Below, in pieces: positions 1 through 13,320 of a stretch of DNA of 64,000 nucleotides. The notes below the pieces were generated by a model. The model saw nothing but the letters and a program-made list of their open reading frames with translations. It was not told where the DNA came from and searched no databases. Origin of the DNA: Felis catus (taxonomy: Eukaryota); NCBI RefSeq assembly GCF_018350175.1, contig NC_058368.1, positions 221,032,001 to 221,096,000 on the forward strand, given 5' to 3'. The position numbers and the translations under genes were made by a program. The stretch's first letter is position 1. Each line of letters opens with the position of its first letter.

Positions 1-510
1 CCCGTCTCCCACTGCATGATCTGGTCTTTTCCTACATCTCTGTCAACTCCTTTTCATAACCCTCTCTTCCACACTTAAAACATGCTGATGTGTTTTAGAT
101 TTTTCTAAATTAACTAGTGTCTTCCCAATTGGATTTTCACAAATTAATTTATCTCTTTTCAACTTCACAGCCTTTGCAATGCTGTTTCCCCCTCAGCTAA
201 TGATTCCACAATCCCCTTTCCCACTGTCTTCTTTGTACACTTGATCTTATCCATAATGGCTCCAGTCCAAATAACCCCATGCCTCAGGTGAGGTCAGGCT
301 CCAACTTTATTTGTAGCCTGCTGTTCTCCTGCATGGTGTCTACCCAGAACATGTAATGACATAGTTGTTAGTACATTTGGATAATGTGTGCCTGCCCCTC
401 CCAGGTCTCAGAAGGTAGGGAATGTGACAATTTCACCACTGTTTTGCAAGAAGCCCAAAAGAGAGCCTGGGGAATCATAGACATGTAATAAATGTGTGTT
501 GAATACATCA
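1..510 (+). mobile_element. LINE-2 (L2) 3' fragment
   Basis: Pyrimidine-rich L2-like text (gcctttgcaatgctgtttcc...) ending in an L2-type terminus aataaatgtgtgttgaat near 487-504. Confidence 0.65.
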
Positions 511-1678
511 GTGGAACCTGACCTTCCATCTACACTGATTCCTACTCCATATTTTATACTTTACAAAATATGCAGAGTATAACATCGGGGAGGAGACAGA
601 CTCTCACTTCCTCTATGTCTGCTTTAGACTTTTTAAAATCAAGAAGTATATTCTTTTTCATAATTAAAATGTAGAGTGAATCTAATAAAAGATGCTGAAT
701 GAAAGTTTTGCAGCTATACTCTTACATTCTGGGAGTCTATTTCCGCATATGTGATACATACCATTCCTAGTGAATTAAAAGAAGATATTTAGCCAAAATA
801 TGCCTCTACTCTTTATCAAAGCAGTCACCTCTCTGTATCGTTCCGCACTGCATTCACACTCATCCTTGCCAAAGTATATTTTATTTTGTCATCTATGTAT
901 TTTGATCGCATTTAATCCTTTCTGGAACAAGCCAAGACATGCATAAATACATACGTAACACTTTGGAAATAGCATGTGAAGATGTTTTGGCAATTGCAGA
1001 TCTATACTAAGTATTTTCAAATATGTAGGTTAAAGCACTGGTTTATTTACTATGTACTGAAAGATTTGTGTTGCATAAATCATCACACCCTTGTCAGAGC
1101 ACTTGAGCATTTTGCCTTTCATTGTTGCTGTGAAAGCCTGCAGAGGGATATCTACTGTGTGGCTGGATGTACAGAGTTACAGTCACCTAAAAATAACTTT
1201 TACTTATACTTCTGTATACACCATGTGATTCAATAGAGATGCATTAAAGTCAATATCAATATTTACATTTACTGTATTTAAAAATGTTATCATCCCTTTA
1301 TCTGACAATTTAGTTTGGAACTTAACCAAAACTTATTTTTGTTTGAGGTCCTCACATTTCAATCAGCCAAGGGTCAAAAGTGTAGATGTTTCAGGCTTTC
1401 CACTTCTGTCTCCTATTTACAGACGTTCATAATTCAAATGGAAAATTAGCTCTTAGATTAAATGTGACATGTAGATTTTATGGATGCCATCACATTAAGA
1501 TGCTTATCACCCACTTGTCCCTTCTTAACTCATCTATGCTCTGAAAGAGTATGAATGATACGGAAGAGTCTATAGATAAATTGAATAAAGTAAGTTATGT
1601 CCTGCTATATTCAATTTTTGTTGTTTGTAACTTTCTGTAACTTCATTTCTTCTAAATCATTTCTATGCCTTAAACTGG

Positions 1679-1742
1679 CCAATATTTGGTCATCTAACCT
1701 TAAATAAACCCAATAGTTTGGTCATCTAACCTTTAAATAAAG
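1679..1742. repeat. ~32-bp imperfect tandem duplication
   Basis: ccaata(g)tttggtcatctaacctt(t)aaataaa occurs twice in succession. Confidence 0.85.
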
Positions 1743-1874
1743 TCGGTCAGGTTTGAGGAGTAAATTTTTTTGCCTTGATTGCTTCCAGAAAAGTCTGTGG
1801 ATATTGTTGAGTGGCACTGGAAAATCTCACACATAAACAGGAGAGAAGGGCAAAGAAGGACAGAGATCTATAAT

Positions 1875-2010
1875 AGAGTGTAGTGGAGAGCACACCAGGC
1901 AGTCAGAAATACTGAGTTATAATCTTGATTCGAATACTTAAATATGTGTGATATTAAACACATAACTTAAATTCACAGCACCTTAACTTTATGATACAAA
2001 ATGGGGAGGC
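1875..2010 (+). mobile_element. MIR SINE fragment
   Basis: gtgtagtggagag...gtcagaaatactgagtt...tgtgtgatattaaacacataacttaa...aaaatgggg resembles the MIR core. Confidence 0.55.
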
Positions 2011-2494
2011 TCGACCAGTGAAATTTATGTTTGCATCCACTGCTAGCATAACATGGTTCCATAAAAGGGAAGTAATGAAGAGACAGAAAGATAAATTTGT
2101 AAGTGAAAATAAATGTATTTAGAAAGACACAGGATCACCAATAATTGCCACGATGTTTTTCTTTTCTTAGTTTCATCCAACCACCATATCTCTGAATATC
2201 TCTTATGTACCAAGTACAAGATATCTCACAGTAACTAACAGTGTTCCCAAATTCAAGGAGAATAAAGTATAGATTTTACAGATATGCATACATTAGGCTA
2301 TAATAGGACAAGTGTTAATGTACAAAGACATACAGAAAGGTAAATGATGAGCATCACTTTTTGCTGAAAACAAATGGAAGGTTCACAGAGAAATGACTTT
2401 TGGCAAGATAGTAAAAGAAGAAAAGGAGCTCACCAGAAACAATGTATTGAAGAGGATTTATTATAGCATGGCTATTTAAAATAGTATGGTTTTA

Positions 2495-2750
2495 GGGGCA
2501 CCTGGGTGGCTCAGTCGGTTGAGCATCTGACTTGGGCTCAGGTCCTGATCTCATGGTTTATGACTTCGAGCCCCTTATTAGGCTCGTTGCTGTCAGTTCA
2601 GAGCCTGCTTCAGACTCTTTATCTCCCTCTCTCTCTCTCTGTCCCTCCCCCACTTGTGCACTCTCTCTCTCACTCTCTAAAGTGAACATTAAAATAAAAT
2701 AAAATAAAATAAAATAAAATAAAATAAAATAAAATAAAATAAAATAAAAT
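2495..2750 (+). mobile_element. CAN-SINE with (TAAAA)n tail
   Basis: ggggcacctgggtggctcagtcgg head, CT-rich body, (taaaa)n tail; diverged TSD aaaatagtatggtttta / aaaatatgatggcttta. Confidence 0.95.
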
Positions 2751-2821
2751 ATGATGGCTTTAGACCATAAAGTGAGAGCTATAACACATTTTAAAGAGGG
2801 GACAAATTTCAACAGTTTTTT

Positions 2822-3020
2822 AAAATATATTTTTTAATGTTTATTTATTTTGAGAGAGAGAGAGAGAGAGTGAGCAGGGGAGGGGCAGAGAGAGACAGAG
2901 ACAGAGAGACAGAGACAGAGAATCCCAAGCAGGCTCCGTGCTGCCAGTGTAGAACCCTATGTGGAGCTCCAACTCATGAACTATGTGATCATGACCTGAG
3001 CCAAAACTGAGAGTTGGAAG
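2822..3020 (-). mobile_element. CAN-SINE, 5'-truncated
   Basis: tttttaatgtttatttattttgagagag...catgacctgagcc; TSD aacagtttttt on both sides. Confidence 0.9.
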
Positions 3021-3199
3021 TAAACAGTTTTTTATAGATTACTAAATATTTTGTAGTTCTCTCTGAAGATGCAGGGATTCCATTCAGAACTTAATGTCAT
3101 GAAGAATAAAAATCAGATTTCCCATTTTGAAAGAATGCATGACGTTAACCTGGAATGGCAATTAGGGGCTAGGACAGAAGTCAGGAAAAGAGATGAGAG

Positions 3200-3640
3200 C
3201 TCAAACAAAGATCTACTCTTCACCATTTTACATCCTAGTCTTCTCCCTAGAAGGCTGAAGTGGGTTGCATTCTGTTAAGTGGGTTGTATTCTGTGGTCTT
3301 CTAATTTCCAGTTCGATTCTGGGTTCACCCAGTGGGAAGTAGTGGTAGGAAATTTGGCAATAGGCATGGAGCCAGGTAAAAATAATTATTTATTTAGCTG
3401 TATCCCTCCTAGGTTATACTTGTATCAAGCCACCCTCTGTGTGTTAATAGCCTCTCTGGTTTCTGGTAAGTTCTCTCTCCTTTCTCTTTCTGTGAGTAGT
3501 GGTAAGAACTACTCTAGGGTTGATAGTTTGGGGATAATGCATTGTCTCTGCTGACCTCCCTAAATCCTGCCCTAACCTGTCTTAATCCAAATGTAGCAGA
3601 TTTAGTGATCCACCTGTTTCCCCATGGCACCCCACCTCAC
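3200..3640. mobile_element. Ancient ERVL-class LTR fragment (LTR33/LTR16-like)
   Basis: Motifs such as gggttcacccagtgggaagtagtggtaggaaatttgg and ctccctaaatcctgccc; family recalled and uncertain. Confidence 0.35.
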
Positions 3641-4920
3641 ACAGAGTTCAAGATGCACGGGCAACACCAAGAAGGATTTCAGAAGCAGAATTGGTAGAAC
3701 TTTCCAATTGTCAAATTTGTGGAGCAAAATAGCTACATGAGTTGAGGGTGATTTTCAAGTTTGTGAATGGTTTAGCAACTGACTCAGGACTAAATATCAG
3801 AGTGGAAAATTTAAGTGTATATAAAATAGATTTGGTTTGGGATTAAGTTTGTGATGCCACAGTATCTTCCATAACTCAATATCTAGGAGATGGTTAGAAA
3901 TATGTATCTGAAAATGAGATCTTTAAGATAAAGGTATATATTTTCACATCATTAAAATATAGGATGTAAAGTTATGAGAGCGATGAAATTTTTCAGCAAC
4001 AATGAGCACAATATAGTTGTTGAAGACTGAAGAGATGGCTAGATACTAGAGCTGACATTTAAAGAGATTGGGTATGGGATCACAGAGTTAGATTAGAATT
4101 CTGTGTAATGTTGGGAAAATTAGTCTTTGGTTCCTGTCTACTCTCATAGCTCAAATAGAATAACATGGAGAATTGTAATAATACTAATGTAATTTAAAAT
4201 CTATATAAAAACACTTGCCACAGTGTATGAGTCATTGTAAGTGATCAAAAAAAAAAAACCAACAACTATTTTTCTTCTCTCCACCTTGTAGGAGAATTAG
4301 GTCCAATTATTAACGGTTTATTAAATGCATATTCAATATACTAGCATAACAAGTGAGAAAAACTAAAATGAAAATTAAAATAAGACATTAAAATTAGAAA
4401 TTAAAATACCTAATGTTTCTTTGAGTTGATTGCAATTATAGACATGATGAAGACTTTCATTTCTACACTAACAATAGTACATAGGAGATCTTATTCTCAT
4501 TACTTAAATGAACATGTAGCAGACTTCTTGAGATTGCATAAAGTATAAACTAAGATCACTTGAGATTTTTGACGTAATTAGGATGTAGAGTAGTATAACA
4601 ACTGTATTGTCCTACATCTGTAGGACCTGGATTGTTTTTATTTTTTTTAAATCGAGTATTTTCCTTATATGCATTGATAGTAAATCTTATATATTTGCCT
4701 GCCTCCCTTAAGATTCTAAATGTATGATGATCCAGATGGAATAAAAGCTTACTTCTTGCTTACCTGCAATCTAAGATAGGTGTTCCATTTGGTGGGAGGC
4801 TATCCTCCAGCATAAGATGCATGAAGGAGTCTCCTTCTGTCTTCTAGCAATATGGTCTTTTCCTTCCCACCCTCGGCATCACTCCTTGCACTCAAAAACA
4901 GTTCATCAAAACATTTTCTT

Positions 4921-4961
4921 TTTTTTTAAATTTTTAATGTTTATTTATTTTTGAGAGAGAC

Positions 4962-5033
<72 letters not shown>

Positions 5034-5193
5034 CAGCAGAGGGGCAGAGACAGAGGGAGACACAGAATTCAAAGCAGGCTCCAGGCTCTGAGTTGTCAGC
5101 ACAGAGCCTGATGCAAGGCTCCAACTCAAGAACCGTGAGATCATGATCTGAGCTGAAGTGGGATGTTTAACCAACTGAACCACCAGGCGCCCC
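4921..5193 (-). mobile_element. CAN-SINE with long (GA)n tract
   Basis: Ends ccaccaggcgcccc; TSD atcaaaacatttt(t)ctt on both sides. Confidence 0.95.
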
Positions 5194-5789
5194 ATCAAAA
5201 CATTTTTCTTAAACAAAGGCAGTTCTCTTAAAAGGAATTCTGATTTTATGCTTACATTTTAGCATTCATTGCCACTATATCCATGCGGCTGCTTATACAT
5301 ATATTTCTGCACGTGTAGGATTTTGCAGGCATGTTTGAACTTTTATATTCTAAGCAGTGAGCTAAGAATTGAAAATATAAAGATACATAATATATAACAG
5401 CTATTCTTGGAGTCTAGCAGGGAAGGCAAACACTTAGGCCAGAAACTTTAGTAAATACCGTAAGCACTACAACAGAAGTGTCTTATGAGTGCTGTAAGAA
5501 TACGAAGAGGGAACTTCCATATTAGGGGTGGCATCCCTCAGATGCCAAGAGGAGCAAAAAAATTCCCAGCTTAAGGAGTGGCGTGAATGAAGCACTAAAA
5601 TAGTTCAGTGAGCAAGTGGTTGAGCAATAGTTAGTGAGAGTGGTTGAGTGAGAGTGGTTGAGCAAGTGGAGGAGAGGGCCTACATTATCTTGGGGTACAT
5701 GGCTGAGATGAAACCTTAAAGACCATAATAAAAAAGAGAAGATATTGACACCTTGAAGAGAGTAAGAAGTACATGCCTCTTAAAGCTGA

Positions 5790-7698
5790 GAAACAGGCGA
5801 CCACTACCCTCATCTGGCGGTTCTTCTAGTATTGGGACAGACCAGGTATGTGTCTTGATTCTGTGGCTGTGCCCCGTCTGGCTTCCTTGCTAGTCTCTGC
5901 TTTGCGGTGGAGTGTCATGGCTGAGAGAGCACTGGAGCTCACCCAGATGGGACAGGGTGTGGATACTACATATACACTGAGCTCCTGGCATCTTCCCGTG
6001 CTTCAAGCAGTACCCCCAACCAGCTCCCGACCACCTGGGTCCTACCAGTCCAACAAGAAGAGCCAGGTCATGTTCCTGAATTCCGTGTTGAAGTTCCTGG
6101 GTGACCTGACAAAGAACAGCCATCTTCAACGACTGCTGCAAGAGTCTTTGGGGGGCGGGTGCAAGATTCTACTCACCTGACTGCTAATAAACTGACCCCA
6201 GAGCTAGGAGGCCCTCTTGCATTTCGAGATTCCCTTGGGCCCCTGGGAACCACAGAGGAAGGCATCTGACTGATACACATGCTGAGCATCCTCAACTGGA
6301 TATACCATGCTCTGAGACCCCCCTCAGAAGACATGTTCTTACCCATGGACTACGGCACCTGCCAACAGCTGCCCCTTTGGAGTTGCAGTTCTTGCTGGTC
6401 AGCCTGTTGGTCAAGGGCATGGGCATGAGGGAGGAGAAATGCAAATTGTCACTGATGTCAGCTTTTCAGGCACTGGAATGAACCTGGCCTTGCCAAGCAC
6501 ATGCTGGGACCCAACCCACTGCATATGGACGAAATGAGATGGCCCCTTGGCCATTGTGTGCCCCCCCCAAAAAAAAAAGAAAAGCCTCAGATTTCTCTCT
6601 ATACCCATTGGTCCTCCAGGAAGGAGGTGAGGAGCCACCAGTGTTCCCTGGTCAGCCCGCAGCCCTCCATGGGGTTGTGGGGGGACACCCCTGAGATCTG
6701 TCTACTTCTTGCCTGGCCTTCACCTTGGCCTTCGCACCTCCCCTTCAAGGGTGAGAGATTGGAGAGAGAGAGAGAGAGTACTTTCCAGAAGAGCCCCTTT
6801 TGGCTTTGTGTTCAGGAGAGACAGCTCTGGGAATGTAGGTGTGCGGCCCTTAAGAATACCGTAGTAAATGAGAGGCCGTAGACTTCCAAGCAACTTCAGT
6901 CCAATGAGACTTCCTGTGAGGAAAACCACACCCTGACCAGGTGTTCAAGGAGCCCAGAAGAAAGAGGATGTCCTCACCTCCAGCCCTTTCCTGGAAGTTA
7001 GTAGCTAAAGTTGATAGTGGAGGAAAGTGATCCAGGGTCCGTGGCCACGCTAGGTATGGTGAGAGCCCTCAGGAGTAAAGTGTACCTCGTCTCCTATTAT
7101 ATTTGAACCTACTCAGCAAGGTGAGTAGGGACAGGGAGGTAACCTTACTGCCACATGGTCCCCCAAAGCACTGTGGGTCAAGCTAGCAACCCTCTGATCT
7201 ATAACATAAGAGCACTGTGACAATTTTACCCTTTTTGAGGGTTTTAAAAAATGCAATATTTTTATTTCATATTTTATTTAAAACATATAAGTGACATTTT
7301 GGTTTTAATGATGCTGATTTCAGTGTATGTATTTTTTTTTTAAATCTTACGGCTTTTTGTTTTCTGATAATGCTTTTCCCTTTTAAAGTGTACTTTTGCT
7401 GATTGTTCATCTGGGGAAGGGAAGCAGCAGCCGCAGCTGAAGAGTCAGGACCCTTTGTAGCCTCATGGGTGGTTCAGGACAGTTCACTGTGTGTTGATTT
7501 CTGGGTTAAGGAATGTGTGGACTTAGGGATCACAGCAGCTTTGTGAAAGTGTACAGAACCTTGGCCATTCTGGTCCTCTTAGCCACAAGTTCTGGGCACA
7601 AGGGAGCCCATTACTTGATGGGTTTAATGGATTTCAATAGGTTTAATGGTACTTAGCATATGCATTAAAAAAGTTGGTATGTTTACCACCTGTAAAAA
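5790..7698 (+). pseudogene. Probable decayed processed pseudogene, parent gene not identified
   Basis: GC-rich island in AT-rich DNA; Kozak-like gtcATGg at 5917; GC3-rich codon runs shift between frames with stops (5917 to ~6480); long UTR-like region; ATTAAA at 7664 and short A-run at 7694; no introns evident. Confidence 0.6.
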
Positions 7699-7849
7699 TT
7701 AACTGCGTATCTGTAACTTTATAATTGTTATCTGTCATGCTCACAGTCACTTGGGTAGATGCATCTTATGTGTCCAATCCACAGACTCTGGGTTTCTTAC
7801 GTTTAAGGACATGGTCCGCATATACTTTCTTTCATCCCACGGCTGTAGT

Positions 7850-8560
7850 GAATCACCTGTGTTCCCTAGTGATGCCAGGCTCCCGAGCTGTGAACTAGAT
7901 TCTCTTGCCCCTCATTTACTCAAGAACCTCTCCTGTCATCCTTCCTGCCTTACCAGCATCACCCTCTGTGACCATTTCTATTAGCACAAAACCCCTCTCA
8001 CGAGGCCATTTGACCAGCGAGTTTCCTGCTCTGCTTTACAGGAAAGCTCCTTTAAAGTGCTGTCCCTAGTATCTAACATTGTTCACCTCCCATTCTCTTT
8101 GGAAACCCATAAAATCATACTTTCGTACTCATAACTTCACCAAACTTGCTTTTATTAGAGCCCTATTGTGGAATCACAGGGTCTGTTCCGATCGCTCTAT
8201 TTGGCTCCTGGCAGCATTTTAAACAGTACCTCACTGCCTCCTCCTTGGAGCATGTCTCGCCTTGGCTTCTGGGTCAGCAGTCACCTCGGTTTCTCTTTCA
8301 CCTTGCTTCCCACTGTGCCTCAGTTTTGATTGCTGATACATCCGATTTCCCGGACATTCACTCCCTGAATGCCTGGCGGGCACTCCATCGTTAAGGCTTC
8401 TTTCCGTTGGATAGCTGTGGGGGGGGGGGGGGAAAGTTTATTTCCACTCTCCACCTCAACACTCGATAACATTTTTTATTCTTTGGGCACTGGGCATTTT
8501 TATTTGGACGTTTCATCGGTATCTCAAACTTAACATTTCCAAAACTGAGCATCTGATTTG
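7850..8560 (+). mobile_element. L2 fragment
   Basis: L2-like phrases cactgcctcctccttggag...ccttggcttct and atctcaaacttaacatttccaaaactgagc. Confidence 0.6.
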
Positions 8561-9942
8561 TACCAACATTTCAGCAGTGATTATTTTAGTACAGTAAAGT
8601 GTTTATTTGTGTGAGTGTGTCCTTTTTCGGAATAGTTATTATTTTCTTGGCCACCCCACCCTTTACCTGCGGTTTTCTATGAGAGAATCCTGCCTTTCTA
8701 TATTTTGTAGCCCTGCTTCTGTATAAGCTTCTTATTTGAAGACCATTCTTCTGCTTCTAAAGTGGACCAGATGATCTATAATCCTTTGATTCGCAGGCAG
8801 ACAGAATTTTCACTCAAGTCAATAGGAGCTGTGCTTGAGTAAGGAGAAAGTGATCAGACTCTTACATCTAACCTTTGTTTTCTAAGTTGAGCATATGTTT
8901 CTTCCGGAGGTGGTATTATGTCAATGAAAGACTCAGAGTCAATTATCTTCAAACAAGATCTTTTCTCCAATCAATAAAGAACATTTTCCTGTTTCGATTG
9001 GCAGACATGAGTTAAATGTTGGCACAGCATTCAAATACTTATCACTCTGTTAATGAGGGTATTATTTTTTTTTTGTAATCCCAAAGGAACTGGCATCACA
9101 AAATGCCAGATATAATGCAGTGTATTGTGAGTGACAAGGGCTTTTAGCTAGCAGTAATAGTAATGCACATTTATTGACATGAGAATGTATTACCTGTCAT
9201 CTCCATAAGGAACAATATATTTTGGAAAAAATATGATATTCTAATTAATTCCTATTTGATCATTTTATTCATAATATTCTCTCACCTGGCGCTTTTCTTG
9301 AATCTTCTGCATGACTTTTATGGTTTCATTCCATGGAAGGCTTGATTATTACATTAGGAAGACAATGAATTGCTGATAAGTTGACCTTGAATCTGGAGCA
9401 AGTAATGAAACAAGAAGCAAGATTTGTTTTGCTTTCCTTTTGTTCACTACTCGTTTTAGTTACTTATAAGGTAATAATACTTTCCCTTAATTGTTGAATT
9501 ATTCTGACATGCTGGGCTTATTTTCTTTCACATGATTAATCTTAGTAGAATGGCAAGATTAAGCAGCACACTGAGTCCATCATCCTGATAGTTGTGAGAG
9601 ACATGAATTCTTGGTTGAATGAAAACGTCTGGCACTTATTTGAATCAACAAAATCAAAACAGGTCATAGTGAGAGAAGTTCTGCTGTTTTAAAGAATAAC
9701 ACAAGCTTTTCTGTCTTCTGACAGTTAATTGTTTTGACATCCATCAGTAAATTATGAGTTAGTTAATAGTTGGAAATAATTAGAAGTTATTTTAAATCCC
9801 ATCCTATTCAAATGCTAATATTAAAAGGAAAATATTTACTTTGAATCTTTACTTAATGGTTGATTTGCATACATAGTGATTATGATATATGTTGAGTGTT
9901 CTTAGAGATCTTGCATACTGATTGTACAGTTGGTGTAAGGTT

Positions 9943-9943
<1 letters not shown>

Positions 9944-9981
<38 letters not shown>
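9944..9981. repeat. (GT)n microsatellite
   Basis: Perfect GT run. Confidence 0.98.
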
Positions 9982-9984
<3 letters not shown>

Positions 9985-11317
9985 AGAAAATTTCTGATAA
10001 TAGAGAGGGTAATGGGCTTTAAGATAGGAACTCTTTTTCTCCTTTAAAAGGTAAAAACATTACTTCAGAGTAAGGTTGACCTGCATTTTGACCCCATCTC
10101 TGTCTCTTAATAACTGCCCATTTTACATGTAAATTTGGAGTCTGTAGCGTCATTTGTCTGTCACAGCTGTTGAATGTACTAACTACACCTCTGTGAGATA
10201 TAAGGATTAAAAGTGATCACAGATATAGAGAAACTATCCAGTAGAGTGACCTTGTAAACAAATGGCTTACAAAAGATAATTTTCTTTTAAAATGAGAGAA
10301 AACTTCCCCCAAAATGAGTTAAATCTTTTGGTTAGTAAACACGTAACAATATGCATTTAGCTCAATTTCTTGGCACATCAGGAGACATTGTTTCTAATAT
10401 TTCATATGTTATTACATTTATACTTTAGTATCACTTCTTTGTACGCCTTTATTTGCCTTGAACTTTCTCATTTCAGAGCCTCCGAACACAGTAAGTCTTC
10501 CTTCTCTTAAATTTATGTTTTATTCTTATTTTTAGGGCTGGTCTGAATGTGTGCCATGTGTCAATAGAAATGTTATATAACACTTAAAACTCAAAAAAAA
10601 AATCTACTCAACAGAGTTCCGGTCGCATTGCAGATTCACAATAAAATTCTTCAGTGACCATACCTACCCTGATATAGCTTCATTTTCAAATATTAAATAT
10701 AAACAGTTGTGTCATATTGTATGTGTTAATTCTACATAGTACATATTATTAGAGGGAAGATTTTGTAAGACATAATTTTGTCTGTAGTAAATCTACTGGA
10801 ATTGAAATATTTGAAAGTCCAAATGTTTGTAGTAGATGTGAATCCTGCGTATTATGGGTTGTGTTTTCCACATATATCAAGCATAAATGGACCTCCAGCT
10901 TCGTCCACTAGAATACACAATTTTGTAAAGGATGTAATTAAAAAATGAAAAAAAAAACCCTCTAGAAATTACCAAATGAAAGCCAGCGGTATAATTATTT
11001 TAAAAATAGCACTAAAACCAAATGTATATTCATAAGAGAATAGAACATTAGTTTATATTATAGTGACACATGGAGTAAACTAATAATATAAAATGTGAAA
11101 ATCAATAAACTACATCAACACTATAGGCAATGCTAGAAAAAGTATTCGGTGAGAGCGGCAAAAACTTTATGCCAACTACATATAGTAATGCAGCAGTTTT
11201 GAAGAACAGAAATGTAGAAAAAGGAAATACACACATACCTGTTAAAACTGGAGACACATGCATATCTGCTAAGACTATAAAGAAGATAAAATTAGAAACA
11301 TATTTTATAGTCGTCAC

Positions 11318-11495
11318 TTTGTTTGCTTGAGAGAGGGAGAGCAATAGAGGAAGGGAGAGAGATTGAGAGACTCTCAAACAGGCTCCACGCTCAGTGTGGA
11401 GCCCATGCGGGGCTCGATCCTAAGACCCTGGGATCATGACCCCCAGCTGAATCCAAGAGTAGGGTGGTCAACTGACTGAGCCACCCAGTCACCTC
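11318..11495 (-). mobile_element. Older CAN-SINE
   Basis: caggctccacgctcagtgtggagcccatgcggggctcg...actgactgagccacccag; TSD tagtcgtcact / cagtcatcact. Confidence 0.85.
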
Positions 11496-11599
11496 TACAG
11501 TCATCACTCGTATGGGTGGACTGGAAGCAAGTGTATGAAATAGAAGAATACTAAATAGGTAGATGCAGCAGCAAAATCAATACGGCAACAAAAATTTAA

Positions 11600-11790
11600 T
11601 AGCACTGTGTGACAGACTCTGTTTCAAGTGTCTCACATATAGTAACTCATTTAATGTTCATAACCATCTCATACAACAGATGCTGCTGTCACTCCCATCA
11701 TACAGACAGATTACGCAAATGAAAGAGTCTGCCCAATGTTACACAACTAGTCCTACAGAACCTAGATTTAACCCAAAACATCTTCTATGT
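11600..11790 (-). mobile_element. MIR fragment
   Basis: aactcatttaatgttcataacc...ctgcccaatgttacacaactag...agatttaaccca. Confidence 0.6.
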
Positions 11791-12146
11791 TCTTCATTAC
11801 TGAGACAAAGCCTGAAGTCCATGTGATGTTCAAGTTACTTTTATTACTATACTAGTTTTAAAAATGGGTTAAAGTCAAAACCAAGAATGTAATATGTGCC
11901 TGGGAGCTACCAAAATCCATAAGAATCATAGCAATGAACTTTTTCCAAAGTGTTATCTTCTGAGAAAAGAATGTACAACATACAATTCTATTGGGATCTC
12001 TTTACTTACTAAGAGCAAAAGACAGTGTGCAGTATACATATCCTAATGATAATAAAATAATATACATACTATATTTATATACAGATATTTATTAGGTTCT
12101 AATGAACTAATGTTCATCTTGACCAAATTGTGTGTTTTCTTCTTGA

Positions 12147-12206
12147 GTATCAGCCTTTCATACAATCCCAGTGGTGTATCAGCCTTTCATACAATCCCAG
12201 TGGTGT
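12147..12206. repeat. Perfect 29-bp tandem duplication
   Basis: gtatcagcctttcatacaatcccagtggt occurs twice. Confidence 0.95.
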
Positions 12207-13084
12207 CTGACTCTAAATTGGTATGTTTTTATAGTATTTTAATAATCCAGAAATAGTTCATTTTATAGAGTTGGCATAAATGAAAAAGCCTTCTCTATCC
12301 CAAACCATAAGATTCAGATGATAAGGTATGTAGCCAAATTCCAAAAAAAAAAAAAAAAAGAAGATATATTTTTACTGTGATTTATCAGAATATCACAAGG
12401 ATTCATTGGGGGAATGGCCAGAAGGGATTTTTCTGGGCTAGAAATCAAATATCAAATGTTTGGTCAAATATATTTTTTTTATTTCTTTGATGCTTCAATT
12501 GTATGTTTTTATTTTTTAAAGTTACTTTTATGAAAGAGCCAAAATTTACAGGAAGTGCCTAATTTTCTATCCAGTGATATTAATGTCACCCAGACTAGGA
12601 ATATTCAAAAAGAAAAATTGTCAATTAGGAACAGAGGGATACATAGTGTCTTTCTTGTTGTTTTATTTCCCACGTGCTTTTGTTCTCTCTACTACCAACT
12701 TTTCCCATTATTAAATCTCATAAGTATTCTTTCCTCTACTCAAGATTGATTGAATGGTAAAAAAGGATGACTATCAAGTGTTTAGTACAGGCCACTGGAT
12801 AATGGATAATGTCATTTTCTGTGTCAGGGACTATGTTTAAACTGGTTTAGGAATGATGTGTTCAGAAACGTCGCCTTCTCGGTAGCTACAGGATAAACAA
12901 TTTATAATATCCAATAGGCTACTGAATATATGGGTCTGCATCATATGAGAGATCTAAACAATAAAGATTCTGATTTTTGGCATTCAAGTTTAAGAACAAA
13001 TGAGAGCAGATATAGCATAATTGGCTGCAGACAGATCCAGCATAAAGGAGGAAATAGATTGATATTATTAGTGAGAATATTGAC

Positions 13085-13320
13085 TTAGTAAAAAAAAAAA
13101 AGTCAATGACTGCCAGCTGTGTACACTTTGGTGAATCACTTAAGCTCTCTAAACATCAATTACCTTCCTGTGGGGGATGCAGAGGTGAGGAGGGGAAATG
13201 GAAGGATGATACCATCTCTGATTACACATAGGGCCATGTATATATATGTATAGTTCTGAGGGTCAATTAAGATAATGTAGGTGAAATTTCTTCGTGAATT
13301 GCTAACTCATGGGTAAATTA
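13085..13320 (+). mobile_element. MIR fragment
   Basis: gctgtgtacactttggtgaatcacttaagctctctaaacatcaatt...gttctgagggtcaattaagataatgtaggtgaaa. Confidence 0.6.

Noticed and set aside
4764..4845. Possible minus-strand exon ending CAG|GTAAGC with one open frame
   Set aside because: The acceptor lacks a pyrimidine tract and the peptide is not recognised.
6040..6180. Kinesin-like phrase VLKFLGD...LQRLLQESLGGGCKILL in ORF 5848-6180
   Set aside because: It lacks the VPYRDSK and DLAGSE motifs, and codon usage favours another frame (AIFNDCCK). Probably coincidental, so no gene symbol was assigned.
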